In this document: piece by piece, positions 20,619-29,693 of the stretch
Layout: each line of letters opens with the position of its first letter
Position numbering within the stretch: the first letter of the stretch is position 1
Virus record (IMG/VR): IMGVR_UViG_3300028822_000274
Span: 39,714-103,713 of that record
Length of the DNA stretch: 64,000 bases
Strand: one strand, 5' to 3'
Origin: a virus
Notes under the pieces: generated by a model
Databases searched by the model: none
Told to the model about the DNA's origin: nothing
Seen by the model: only the letters and a program-made list of their open reading frames with translations
Made by a program: the position numbers and the translations under genes

Positions 20619-20999
20619 ATGGGATTCCAGAGCGCATGGACATTTTTCGTTGATTCAGTTTTTCCCCACTGGCCGGGTTTGTTTTTTGCTGTATTCGTGT
20701 CAATCATTGCACAGGTGCTGAAGAATAATATTCTGACAAGGACATTAGCGGCTAAAAGTAAAGTGATATTCTGGGTTCGGCGTTTGTTTCCAGTGATTTT
20801 GCTTTTTCTAGGTTTGGTTCCAGGTTTGACTTGGCCAGATGAAATTCTTCCGGGAATAGATACGACAGTCGAAAAAGTTTGGTATTTTGTGGGGTGTGCA
20901 GGTTGCTCGATACTCTGTTACAACATTTTTAAGCAGTGGGTTAAGAAAAAATACGACGTAGAACTTATTCTACAGGAGGAAAACGAAAGTCATGGCTAA
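20619..20999 (+). CDS. Putative holin (3 TM)
   Basis: Three hydrophobic segments, charged C-terminal tail; GGAGG RBS before ATG 20619. Confidence 0.55.
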   Translation: MGFQSAWTFFVDSVFPHWPGLFFAVFVSIIAQVLKNNILTRTLAAKSKVIFWVRRLFPVILLFLGLVPGLTWPDEILPGIDTTVEKVWYFVGCAGCSILCYNIFKQWVKKKYDVELILQEENESHG

Positions 21000-21201
21000 A
21001 TTCAGAAAAATACCTGTGATCATAGACGCCATCAGGATAAAAAAAGAAATGACGATCGATACTCTCGAAGGTCGTATGAATGGTAAAGCTGGTGATTGGC
21101 TTCTTACAGGTGTTGATGGCGAGCAGTACCCATGCAAGGACTCGATATTCAGAAAAACATACGAACCAGCCGACGAAGATGCAGAAAAGATGTGGAAATA
21201 A
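20992..21201 (+). CDS. PGDYG-like small phage protein
   Basis: FRK.PV.IDA...TLEG.M....GDWL..G.DGE.YPCK.SIF.KTYE. Confidence 0.75.
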   Translation: MAKFRKIPVIIDAIRIKKEMTIDTLEGRMNGKAGDWLLTGVDGEQYPCKDSIFRKTYEPADEDAEKMWK

Positions 21202-21202
21202 T

Positions 21203-21550
21203 ATGAAAACAATCTGGAAATGGGTAAAAGACAAAGCAGCCTGGATAGTAATAGCATTTTTTATTGTTTTTTCTGTGTTATTCGGATCGTTTTTGTCTTC
21301 AAGAAAAGTAGAAAGGAGGAAAAAAGAAGCTAAAAAGAAAATTGAAGGGGCAAAAAAGTTGGGTGAAAAGGCAACATATTATGATGGAGTAGAATCTGGT
21401 TTACACGAATCTGAGTTTCTATTGGACTCACAGATAGAGGGCATAAACGAAGAATCAAAGAAGACAAAAAAAGAAATAGGAGAGATGGATGCTCAGGAAG
21501 TTGCTGATCGTTTTAACGCTCTGTACGATTCCGACTCTCGCTCAAACTGA
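21203..21550 (+). CDS. Putative inner-membrane spanin-like protein
   Basis: N-terminal TM then coiled coil; overlaps the next gene. Confidence 0.45.
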   Translation: MKTIWKWVKDKAAWIVIAFFIVFSVLFGSFLSSRKVERRKKEAKKKIEGAKKLGEKATYYDGVESGLHESEFLLDSQIEGINEESKKTKKEIGEMDAQEVADRFNALYDSDSRSN

Positions 21551-21953
21551 GGAAGTGGCTGAGGAAGTGGCAGACCTGGACAAGTACGAAATCCAAGGAG
21601 CTTTTGTTCTTGACGTAGACGGTGTGACTGGTGTTTGGATGCCATTAAATATGGCCCGAAAAGCTCTTGCTGCATCTGAACTCGCTAAAAAGTTGGAGCT
21701 TCGACAGGATCTTCTGGAGCTGAAAATAGATATTCGAGGCGAGAGAATATCTGCCTGCAAATCTGCTCTTTCTTTATCGAAAGAGTCGCAGGAAAAAGCT
21801 CTTGAAGCCGTGACAATACAGAATGAGGTAATCTCCGACCTGGAGGAAGAACAGGATTCGTGGTATCGAAAACCGATTGTTTGGACCGGTGTCGGTGCCG
21901 TCCTCGTTGTGGCTCTTGAGGTCGGTTTGTTTTTTGTTGTTCAGTCAATGTAA
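21489..21953 (+). CDS. Putative spanin-like protein (signal peptide, coiled coil, C-terminal TM)
   Basis: MLRKLLIVLTLCTIPTLA signal; C-terminal WYRKPIVWTGVGAVLVVAL TM. Confidence 0.45.
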   Translation: MLRKLLIVLTLCTIPTLAQTEEVAEEVADLDKYEIQGAFVLDVDGVTGVWMPLNMARKALAASELAKKLELRQDLLELKIDIRGERISACKSALSLSKESQEKALEAVTIQNEVISDLEEEQDSWYRKPIVWTGVGAVLVVALEVGLFFVVQSM

Positions 21954-21964
21954 AGGAGGTTCCT

Positions 21965-22381
21965 ATGGTCATGCCTGGTGGACCTGACATGCCTCTTGGT
22001 CCAAGTAGTGGTATGTATAGAGCGGGGTTTGATATTTTCGACGGTTCTTCACAGGCCGGTACGAATTCTGAGGTTCCACCCGTTATCCAGGTGGAAACTG
22101 CCTTGCCGACGCACTACTATTGTAGGATCCAGAGAATATCTGACAATTTGTATTACAACGCGACGACGAGGGCCTATCAATTGTTTCCGCCGTCTCCATC
22201 CGACGAGCTGGGGATTCCGGGGTCTCTTGAGGCGAGACCAGATTCTATCAGGCGGCTTATGATGAGAGTCCCGGATGAAGCAAGGGATGGGATGAACCAT
22301 GAAGGTGCTGTCTACACTGTCTATGCGCCAGTAGACACAGCTAGATTTGGTGTCGCAATAGTCGCCACATTCAAGCCATAG
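21965..22381 (+). CDS. Hypothetical protein (paralog of 20162..20542)
   Basis: AAGGAGG RBS; protein and DNA similarity to 20162..20542. Confidence 0.7.
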   Translation: MVMPGGPDMPLGPSSGMYRAGFDIFDGSSQAGTNSEVPPVIQVETALPTHYYCRIQRISDNLYYNATTRAYQLFPPSPSDELGIPGSLEARPDSIRRLMMRVPDEARDGMNHEGAVYTVYAPVDTARFGVAIVATFKP

Positions 22382-22404
22382 TCAGCCTGACCGTCAGCCT
22401 GACC
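22381..22404. repeat. 12-bp tandem direct repeat GTCAGCCTGACC x2
   Basis: Seen directly, just upstream of the 22428 promoter at the late/replication module boundary. Confidence 0.8.
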
Positions 22405-22427
22405 AAACGAAAATTAAAAAAAATTAG

Positions 22428-22455
22428 TTGACAAAACTTTTTCGCTTGGTATTAT
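22428..22455 (+). promoter_or_regulatory. sigma70-type promoter
   Basis: TTGACA-N16-TATTAT with TG extended -10 and A-rich UP-like element. Confidence 0.75.
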
Positions 22456-22497
22456 TTCCTGGAAGTAACGGCAACAAACAAATTCCAGGAGAAGAAA

Positions 22498-23208
22498 ATG
22501 AAACGAATTAAAGACTTGTCAGAAAGCGAAATCTTAGAATTGACCCAAGAGCAGCTCGAAGAGTTGGTTCTAATTGAGGCAGCACATTCCGGCGTGAAGC
22601 TGCCTGACTCAGCTCCTGCGGTTCCTGATTACCCGGAAATCGGTAAGCCGAGCAAAACTCTGTACACATGTGGAGCATTCAACTTTCATTGTGATTCGCT
22701 CGACATTTTGAACGAGTTCATCAAGGTCATTGTTGACCACAAGGACAACCTGTTCACATGTGAAACAGACTGGCAAACCAAGGCGACACACTGTGAGAAG
22801 GGCATCCCGACATCTGGATGGGCCAACAAGATCGCTCCTGCGACAGAAACGGCGTACACGCAGGGAGAATATGCCGAACTCAAGGGTGAAATCAAAAAGA
22901 AGGAGGAAATGCGGGAGGAATACAAAAAAGCTCTCGATGAGCACAGTGCTCAGATGGAGGAGTACGATGATATCTGTTCTGATGTCATGTCGCATTATTA
23001 TAATGCGGTACGAGCAAAGAACAGGAAGCAGCATCTTGTAGCAACATTCCTGAAGTATTATAAGCTTGCGGAGCAAAATTTCGACATCGCTCTGAAGTTC
23101 TTCAAGAATGCTTACGCTGACGAAAACGAGAACATGGAAGAGCTTGAGGCTCTCTTCCAGGAAGAAGTTTCTGCCAAAGATGAGGAAAATGGCAAAGAGA
23201 AAGTCTGA
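22498..23208 (+). CDS. Hypothetical protein
   Basis: AGGAG RBS; first gene after promoter; helical acidic C-terminus. Confidence 0.75.
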   Translation: MKRIKDLSESEILELTQEQLEELVLIEAAHSGVKLPDSAPAVPDYPEIGKPSKTLYTCGAFNFHCDSLDILNEFIKVIVDHKDNLFTCETDWQTKATHCEKGIPTSGWANKIAPATETAYTQGEYAELKGEIKKKEEMREEYKKALDEHSAQMEEYDDICSDVMSHYYNAVRAKNRKQHLVATFLKYYKLAEQNFDIALKFFKNAYADENENMEELEALFQEEVSAKDEENGKEKV

Positions 23209-23494
23209 AGACCTGGACAAGTACGACTGGCTCCTGATTCTGATGATTCAGCATTTCTTGGACTCGGGAGCCGTAATCTCGATTCGGAAGCTGAGTGAAT
23301 ATTTCTATGACTTCGATTATCCGAAGGTAAAGAAGAGGATGACCAAGCTCAAGTCTATGGGGATCGTCTCGGCAAAGCGTGCCAGTTCCAAATTGTGGGA
23401 GTACGAACTCCACACCGAAGTCATGGATAAATTTGCACTCAGGGAAAAACTCACCACCGATTTTGGGCACAAACTTTCTCGTGGTTTATTCTAG
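23189..23494 (+). CDS. Winged-helix DNA-binding protein
   Basis: SIRKLSE....YPKVKKRMTKLKSMGIV wHTH pattern; GAGGA RBS before ATG 23189. Confidence 0.65.
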   Translation: MAKRKSEDLDKYDWLLILMIQHFLDSGAVISIRKLSEYFYDFDYPKVKKRMTKLKSMGIVSAKRASSKLWEYELHTEVMDKFALREKLTTDFGHKLSRGLF

Positions 23495-23584
23495 ACGATG
23501 TAATTTTATTCTTTCTCATTTTGTTGTTTACTAAACTTCGGTCTTTGTGTAGTGTGTGTGGTGTTCAGGTTTTCGATGACACGG

Positions 23585-23619
23585 TAGACATAATCACCCT
23601 CACCCTATGATTATGTCTA
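23585..23619. promoter_or_regulatory. Perfect 12-bp inverted repeat, putative operator
   Basis: TAGACATAATCA-N11-TGATTATGTCTA; overlaps a possible TAGACA-N15-TATGAT promoter. Confidence 0.55.
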
Positions 23620-23649
23620 TTCAGTTTGTCAATAGTTTGGTATGGTCTG

Positions 23650-23704
23650 AAAACCCGATAACGAACTGGAGTGGTGAGGCCCGGTTTGTTATCGGGTTTT
23701 TTTT
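23650..23704 (+). terminator. Long terminator/attenuator hairpin upstream of initiator gene
   Basis: 20-bp stem 23650-23669/23681-23700 (two G-U pairs) ending in a T8 run. Confidence 0.75.
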
Positions 23705-23714
23705 GGAGCCTGAA

Positions 23715-24947
23715 ATGCTCGATTTTCTCCTCTGCCCTGATTTCGACGCCGTCGACACCAAAATACTTTTGATCTTGCATGAAATTCAGAAGGTCTATGG
23801 AAGCGTGAGCCAGAAGGATGTCGCTACTTCCATGGGTGTGAGTACAGCAACAATTGAACGCCGTATGAGCAGGCTCAAGGATCTTGGTGCCGTCGATGTA
23901 GAAAAAACGGGGACACGCAGGAGAAAGTATGACATCCCCCTCTTGATTCTCAGCGAAGCGAAAGACCTTACGAAAACAGATGTGCGGGAAAATTACCCCC
24001 TCGCTGGTGAGGGAATAAGTTCTCCCTCATCGCAAGTATGTTTAGGATCTATTACCAATATCAAAAAAGGTACTGATAACGATCTGGACGTCTCTTCTAG
24101 TTCGTCTGACGTATATGGTACTATACTTGCGATGATGGAAAACTTTCCGGAGGAGGAACCGATGAAATTTTCCGGTCCACAGGGAAAAATCGCTGATGCG
24201 ATAACTGCGGCATCAGAACGAACCAAGAAGGTCCATAATCAAGTCCGCGAAAAACGGATCGCACATCAAAAAGCGAATGCCGATCTTTCTCCAGAGTCAT
24301 TTTCGACAGACAGGGCAACGAGGTACGAGGAGTACAAGGCGAAGCATCCCTCTGAGTACAACCAGAAGGACTTCAGGTTTCTCTTCGAGGACAAGTGGAA
24401 AGAGTCTGGCTGGAAGTCTCGCCCAGTCAGGTGGACAGGGAAAAATGCCGGTCAACTCAAGGACATGATCAAAGACCAAGGTTCTGAGTTGATCGCCGAG
24501 TATTTCGAGTATGTCTTCGATCACTGGACAGAGTTGAAAAAACGGTTTGCTCTCAACTCCAGTTATCCTGTCATTGAGGTCATCTACGCTTTTCGAAAAC
24601 AGTGGATTCCAGAACTCGTAGATGGAGTTGTCGAGGGACGAAAGAACCAAATCCATGATCTCGACGAAGTCAACAACTACACCGAGGAGGACTTCAAACG
24701 TCTCAGCTCATACTCTGCTTCATCTGAGGACGTCGAAGTCGATTCTAGCTTCCAAGAAGACACAAAATTCAATGAAAACCCAGGTGTCGAAGACGTGGTC
24801 ATCGATGAATCGGATACCCTGATTCGAGAAAAGCCAAAATCACTCGGTTCCGCCAAAAAAAACGAGGATGAAGTAAAGGACATTTCGAAAGTACGCGAGG
24901 AACGACGAAGGCGTTTCTACCGCAAGCAGAAGGTCTACGGTTTCTAG
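23715..24947 (+). CDS. Replication initiator-like protein with N-terminal HTH
   Basis: SQKDVATSMGVSTATIERRMSRLKDLGAV HTH; upstream of DnaC-like ATPase; GGAG RBS before ATG 23715. Confidence 0.6.
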   Translation: MLDFLLCPDFDAVDTKILLILHEIQKVYGSVSQKDVATSMGVSTATIERRMSRLKDLGAVDVEKTGTRRRKYDIPLLILSEAKDLTKTDVRENYPLAGEGISSPSSQVCLGSITNIKKGTDNDLDVSSSSSDVYGTILAMMENFPEEEPMKFSGPQGKIADAITAASERTKKVHNQVREKRIAHQKANADLSPESFSTDRATRYEEYKAKHPSEYNQKDFRFLFEDKWKESGWKSRPVRWTGKNAGQLKDMIKDQGSELIAEYFEYVFDHWTELKKRFALNSSYPVIEVIYAFRKQWIPELVDGVVEGRKNQIHDLDEVNNYTEEDFKRLSSYSASSEDVEVDSSFQEDTKFNENPGVEDVVIDESDTLIREKPKSLGSAKKNEDEVKDISKVREERRRRFYRKQKVYGF

Positions 24948-24955
24948 GAGGAAAC

Positions 24956-25315
24956 ATGCCAGGTTTAAGCAAAAGCGCGTTAGAAAGGTGCCGGAAAATG
25001 GTCATAACTCATCTCCAGAATGGACGGTATGAGTTGAAGGTCACTGACCCACGGCTTGGTGAAAGATCGGTTATTTCCCAGGTGGTCAGGACTGAACATG
25101 ACCTCTATCGATACAAGCTGAATTTCATGAAACGGTACCGGATTCCGCAGGAAAACATCACAGTCATAGAACAAGACACGGATGAGGAATCGAATGGAAC
25201 TGACAACGAATCACCTGAGGTACATGAACATCGGTCTGAAGTACTGGGGGACGACAAGGAACAGTCTCACAGCAAGCCAAAAAAGCCTGGTCGGAAACTA
25301 TATCGCAAAGCTTGA
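24956..25315 (+). CDS. Hypothetical protein
   Basis: Strong AGGAGG RBS; 3' end overlaps the ATPase gene. Confidence 0.6.
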   Translation: MPGLSKSALERCRKMVITHLQNGRYELKVTDPRLGERSVISQVVRTEHDLYRYKLNFMKRYRIPQENITVIEQDTDEESNGTDNESPEVHEHRSEVLGDDKEQSHSKPKKPGRKLYRKA

Positions 25316-25793
25316 TCTTGCGATTCGTGGTGGTGTCGGCCTCTTCTTGTGGGGACCTAACGGTACCGGAAAGAGCTACATCGCAGCTCTACTTTGCAAA
25401 TTAATTCGTGGCGGTCACGAACTATCATCTTACTTCGTTACCGCAGCAGAACTCAAAACGGCGTGGATCTCTGATTTGCCAGCGCACGATGGCTCAGAGG
25501 AGTTCATGTCTGATAGGGTCCAGACTGCAAAGTTTTTGGTTATCGATGACCTCGGTCGTGAGTACCGGACAGCGAGTGGCTTCTCCGAAACAAATTTCGA
25601 TACGCTCCTGAGAAACAGGGTCCGCAAAAAGTACATGACCGTGATCACGACAAATCTTTCACCGAACAAGTTTCGTGATGTTTACGGTGTTGGTGCTTCT
25701 CAGTTGATCTCTGAATCAACATTAGAGGTTGCATTGACAGGTAAAAATATGCGTGAGCTTGAGGCGGAAAAAATCAACAAAATGTTTAGGTGA
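25194..25793 (+). CDS. DnaC/IstB-like helicase-loader ATPase
   Basis: Walker A GPNGTGKS, Walker B LVIDDLGRE, ITTN motif. Confidence 0.85.
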   Translation: MELTTNHLRYMNIGLKYWGTTRNSLTASQKSLVGNYIAKLDLAIRGGVGLFLWGPNGTGKSYIAALLCKLIRGGHELSSYFVTAAELKTAWISDLPAHDGSEEFMSDRVQTAKFLVIDDLGREYRTASGFSETNFDTLLRNRVRKKYMTVITTNLSPNKFRDVYGVGASQLISESTLEVALTGKNMRELEAEKINKMFR

Positions 25794-25800
25794 GTGTCAG

Positions 25801-26769
25801 ATGAAGAGAGTTACATACAAAGATTATGCAGGTGTGTCTCTGAAGGGCGATGTCGAGTTGGGTCCTCATGGACCGAGGCATATTGATGGTGCTTCTTGGC
25901 TCACAGCTCAAGTTGAGAGCGGAGGAAAATTTGGGACAGTCATCAGTTACGACGGGACTGGTCTCACGGCAGGTATCCATCAGGCCATAGCTGTCTACCC
26001 CAGGGAACTCGAGTCTCCTGACGACGGTTACGCCAAGGATGACCAGGGCCCCTTGTGGAAGCTTCTGCATCGATGTTTTCAGGCATACCCAGAGACACAG
26101 CTCGTAAAAGACATGAAGGACTTTCTTGTTAAGTACGGGATTGTAGTCGTGAATGGTGTTGCGAGGGATGCTGACACGCACAAAATCTTGACTGGTTTGT
26201 ATCTCAGGCAGGTGCTGACAGGCTCTTCCGATGGCGTGATGCCGGACTCAGGTCCTGGCAGGAAAAGAGCGGAATATGCAGCAGGAATGTTTAGTGTGTT
26301 TTTCAGCTCGATGCTCACTCAGCATATCCAGATGGCATGGGGCGAGGAGCACCTGATTAAACGAGTTGAAAGAACCAAAATGAGGTTTTTAAAACATACC
26401 ACGAGAAAAGGCAGGACAATCCAGCAGCTCATTTATGACAACGTGAACAATGGGATTGAGGTGAGCCTAGCTCTGAGTAAAGACATTCCAGCTTCTTTTG
26501 ACCTCGCGATGAGCGTTTGGCTTTCATTTACTGTAAATGCACCATCCATAGCCTTGAGAAGAATGTGCAGAACTTTTCAGAGTTATGGTATTTCAGATGT
26601 TGATGTTTTCAGCTCTGAGCTTATTCGTTCGCTAGGTAAATCTCGGTGGGGACGATGGAGTGATGACTACAGATACGGCAGATACCAACGAACACGCAAT
26701 TATGCCATGAAAGTTTGGCCGAAAGAGTTGTTCGAAGGAAAACATGCTGTCATGCCTAAGGAGCTTTGA
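25801..26769 (+). CDS. Putative lysozyme-fold peptidoglycan hydrolase
   Basis: VESGG.FGTV.SYDG.GLTAG.HQ resembles the catalytic-Glu plus G..Q hairpin of lysozyme-like enzymes. Confidence 0.4.
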   Translation: MKRVTYKDYAGVSLKGDVELGPHGPRHIDGASWLTAQVESGGKFGTVISYDGTGLTAGIHQAIAVYPRELESPDDGYAKDDQGPLWKLLHRCFQAYPETQLVKDMKDFLVKYGIVVVNGVARDADTHKILTGLYLRQVLTGSSDGVMPDSGPGRKRAEYAAGMFSVFFSSMLTQHIQMAWGEEHLIKRVERTKMRFLKHTTRKGRTIQQLIYDNVNNGIEVSLALSKDIPASFDLAMSVWLSFTVNAPSIALRRMCRTFQSYGISDVDVFSSELIRSLGKSRWGRWSDDYRYGRYQRTRNYAMKVWPKELFEGKHAVMPKEL

Positions 26770-27449
26770 TGATGGACGATAAGAATGTATTTTCAGAGTC
26801 TGAACTTACTGGCGAAAAATTGGCGAAAGTAGGCTCTGATTTTGGTTTGTTGCGATTTCACAATGAGTCAGAGGAGTCTTATAGACAAAGGCTTCTTGAC
26901 CGGATTGGCTGCAAAAAGGAGACGAAACCAGTAATCAAAAAACCTTTCTTTTATTTCATTGTATGGATTGTAACCCTACCTATGGATATTTATGTTTTTG
27001 CTCTTGTAGCGACCATGAGATTGTTTTTTGGCAAACGTATTTTTTGGCAGAATGGTCTGTGGTGTGAACTGAAACCTTCCTGGTGGACGAAGAAGTATAA
27101 TGGAGCCGCGCTCGGTCACGGCGGTATTTTTTCTCCAGGCAAATCAGGTGGTAAAGGAATAGACACAACAACTGAAGTCCATGAGCACGTCCACGTAGAG
27201 CAGTTCGAAGTTTCCATGATGATTTCTTTTATTATTTCTATTTTTTGCTTTTTTTCACTTCGTCTAATTCATGGTTCTTTTGATTTTATTTTTTCTCTTA
27301 TTGTTTGGTGCTCTGGTTATATTTTGTTTTTGGTCTCTGGCTGGCTTGTCGCACTGCTTCGTGGAGAAAATGCGTATTATGGTAGTCAACACGAAGAATC
27401 AGCATATGCGATAGCTGAAAAATATGAGCGAATGAAAAGGGGTTTCTGA
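26769..27449 (+). CDS. Membrane protein with HExxH zincin-like motif
   Basis: HEHVHVEQ...HEESAY plus about 3 TM segments. Confidence 0.55.
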   Translation: MMDDKNVFSESELTGEKLAKVGSDFGLLRFHNESEESYRQRLLDRIGCKKETKPVIKKPFFYFIVWIVTLPMDIYVFALVATMRLFFGKRIFWQNGLWCELKPSWWTKKYNGAALGHGGIFSPGKSGGKGIDTTTEVHEHVHVEQFEVSMMISFIISIFCFFSLRLIHGSFDFIFSLIVWCSGYILFLVSGWLVALLRGENAYYGSQHEESAYAIAEKYERMKRGF

Positions 27450-27658
27450 TGTATAAAGGTAAAGACATAGTTTGGCAAGATATGGGTAACTCTTTGCAGG
27501 CAACAGTAAACGACAGAGTTACGTTGCTTTTTTACGATTTAGGTGTTTTGTCTGTTTTAGTAGATGGAATAGAGAGAGCAAAACTAGACTGTGTGGAGGA
27601 TGTAAATAAAATTGCTTTTTTTGTGTCTGATATTGTGGACTTTCTTTCTGAGGAGTAA
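27449..27658 (+). CDS. Hypothetical protein
   Basis: Coupled (TGATG) to previous gene. Confidence 0.6.
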   Translation: MYKGKDIVWQDMGNSLQATVNDRVTLLFYDLGVLSVLVDGIERAKLDCVEDVNKIAFFVSDIVDFLSEE

Positions 27659-27661
27659 AAA

Positions 27662-28090
27662 ATGGTTCGAGGGGAGTTATCAAATAGACCTGCTGGTATA
27701 TGTGCTGTTGATTTCAGGGTATTGCTTACAATGAAGCATTCGTATGTTTGGTTTATGCGATACGTCCCCGAATTGCTTCTTCATAAAAGTTTTGAATCTA
27801 AAATGAAATCAGCTCTTAAATTTAAGCTGGGTGCGCGTTCTTGGTTAGAAAACAATTGGGAGAGACGAATAGTAGTTTTCTCTGTTGGTATGCCAGTAAT
27901 AGGCAGAGCAATAGATATGATCGTCGGTGATTACATCGCAGAAACATATCATTTTGATGATTTCAATGAAATGCGAGAGTGGCTACGCCTTAGTCCCCAG
28001 GTATACAAGGTTCTGACGACAGACACAAATCTACTACATTTAGACAGCGATTTGATACGGCTCTTCAGTACATGGCAGGAGAAGGCATAA
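27662..28090 (+). CDS. Conserved phage protein preceding DnaB
   Basis: M..GELSN N-terminus; GAGGAG RBS; TAATG coupling to helicase. Confidence 0.65.
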   Translation: MVRGELSNRPAGICAVDFRVLLTMKHSYVWFMRYVPELLLHKSFESKMKSALKFKLGARSWLENNWERRIVVFSVGMPVIGRAIDMIVGDYIAETYHFDDFNEMREWLRLSPQVYKVLTTDTNLLHLDSDLIRLFSTWQEKA

Positions 28091-29355
28091 TGGATTTTGA
28101 GGCCGCATTGATTTCTAAAGTCTTTTATGAAGCCGACATAACAAAAGTTTTTGACGAGAGAGTTAAGCCAGAGCTTTTTGTTTCCTACAGGAACGTGTGG
28201 GATTTCATGCTGGAAACGTATTCACGTCATGGTGGCCTGCCTCCCAAGGAGGTTATAGAGCAGAAATACCCTCATTTCGAATTTGTTGACGCCAGAGATG
28301 TTCCTTTTTCTTTTTTATCCGAGGAGATGAAGAAAAGGCATGTTCACAATATCTTGACAGAAGCGATGAAGGAGCAGGCCGAAAAGCTTAAAGGGAAGGA
28401 ACCATTTTCTGCGCTTGAGACGATGCGTGATGCTTTAATGAAGGCTGATCTTGAGGCAAGGCCAAGTTTCGACTTGAACTTCGTTGAGGACGTCAAGGAA
28501 CGCCTTGAACGGTATGATGAGGCGTCCAGATCGTATGGTGTTACTGGCATACCAACACCGTGGGGTTGTCTCGATGAGGTTACTCAGGGTTTTCATCCTG
28601 AGGACCTGATAATGATTGCTGGCCGAGGTGGTGTTGGTAAATCGTGGGCTGAATTTATGTTTGCTGTCCACAACTGGTCGAATGGATTCATTCCACTCAT
28701 TTTCTCCAGAGAGATGGCTGTCTGGCAGGTAGCTCGACGTCTAGATGCTCTCCACGCAAAACTTCCATACCGCAATTTCAAGAGCGGGATGTTGTCGAGC
28801 GCAGAATTAGACAGATGGGAAAACGCCATCGAAGAGATGAAGGGTGGGAATCCGTTCTGGATCACGGGCGATGATGGAGACGGGCATCTTGGTGTGACTG
28901 CCATAACGGCAAAGATCCACAGGTATCGTCCTCACGTAGTTTATATCGATGGTGCGTATCTCATTCAGGATGACCGTGGCGGTAAACAGCAATGGGAAAG
29001 GTTCTCGAACGTTTGCCAAGACTTAAAAAGACTGGCTCAACGCGAACGAATCCCGATAGTTGTTACACACCAATTCAACACTGCCGGTAAAGGGATGGAT
29101 GGATCAGAGGACACGCTGAAATATGGTGACGTTCAGATGTGGTTTGATCTGATCATCGGTTGTTACCAGAGCGAAGAACTAAAAGGTAACAAGGAGATGC
29201 TCTTCAAGATTGTCAAACATCGCGAGGGCGAAAAGCTACAATGGGTTTCTGAATGGGATCTCGATAAGATGAAGTTCGAACTTAAAAAGACAGAAGATGA
29301 TGAGGATGTTCCTGATCCTGTACCTTATGACGATGAAGCTCCGATAAAATACTGA
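28090..29355 (+). CDS. dnaB: DnaB-like replicative helicase (SF4)
   Basis: GIPTPW..LD..T.G, Walker A GRGGVGKS, FSREM, YIDGAYL, LKRLA, KHREG. Confidence 0.9.
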   Translation: MDFEAALISKVFYEADITKVFDERVKPELFVSYRNVWDFMLETYSRHGGLPPKEVIEQKYPHFEFVDARDVPFSFLSEEMKKRHVHNILTEAMKEQAEKLKGKEPFSALETMRDALMKADLEARPSFDLNFVEDVKERLERYDEASRSYGVTGIPTPWGCLDEVTQGFHPEDLIMIAGRGGVGKSWAEFMFAVHNWSNGFIPLIFSREMAVWQVARRLDALHAKLPYRNFKSGMLSSAELDRWENAIEEMKGGNPFWITGDDGDGHLGVTAITAKIHRYRPHVVYIDGAYLIQDDRGGKQQWERFSNVCQDLKRLAQRERIPIVVTHQFNTAGKGMDGSEDTLKYGDVQMWFDLIIGCYQSEELKGNKEMLFKIVKHREGEKLQWVSEWDLDKMKFELKKTEDDEDVPDPVPYDDEAPIKY

Positions 29356-29405
29356 TTAGCTACTTTCATTATTCAAGTGTACGACAAAACCGGAGGGATG
29401 GTGCT

Positions 29406-29693
29406 ATGGGTTCGAGAACAGATATAGCGATGCAATGGTTGGCCTATGTGTGTAATGATTTGATGGGTCGACGGACGGAGCTTGGGGATCGGGGTACGCT
29501 GAACATTCTCCTTGTTGCCCAGGCCGTTGCTCAGCTTTGGGGCGATGGGGTGCCAATAACCACGGATGGAATTGCTAGTCGGTTGTCGTGGAGTGGTTGG
29601 GCTTCGTGCATTACCATCGATGAATATGTTGAAGACTTGCGCAGGGATGTGGGAGGTATCCTGTTTGAGGATACAGCAACGAGATATGAATAA
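29406..29693 (+). CDS. Hypothetical protein
   Basis: Fills gap between helicase and primase; GGAGG upstream. Confidence 0.5.
   Translation: MGSRTDIAMQWLAYVCNDLMGRRTELGDRGTLNILLVAQAVAQLWGDGVPITTDGIASRLSWSGWASCITIDEYVEDLRRDVGGILFEDTATRYE

Noticed and set aside
196-22381. Stand-alone bacterial eCIS/tailocin locus
   Set aside because: Contiguous and co-oriented with phage replication, modification and early genes; no host housekeeping context
23607-23714. ORF-track start of the initiator at 23607
   Set aside because: Runs through the palindrome and terminator; RBS supports ATG 23715
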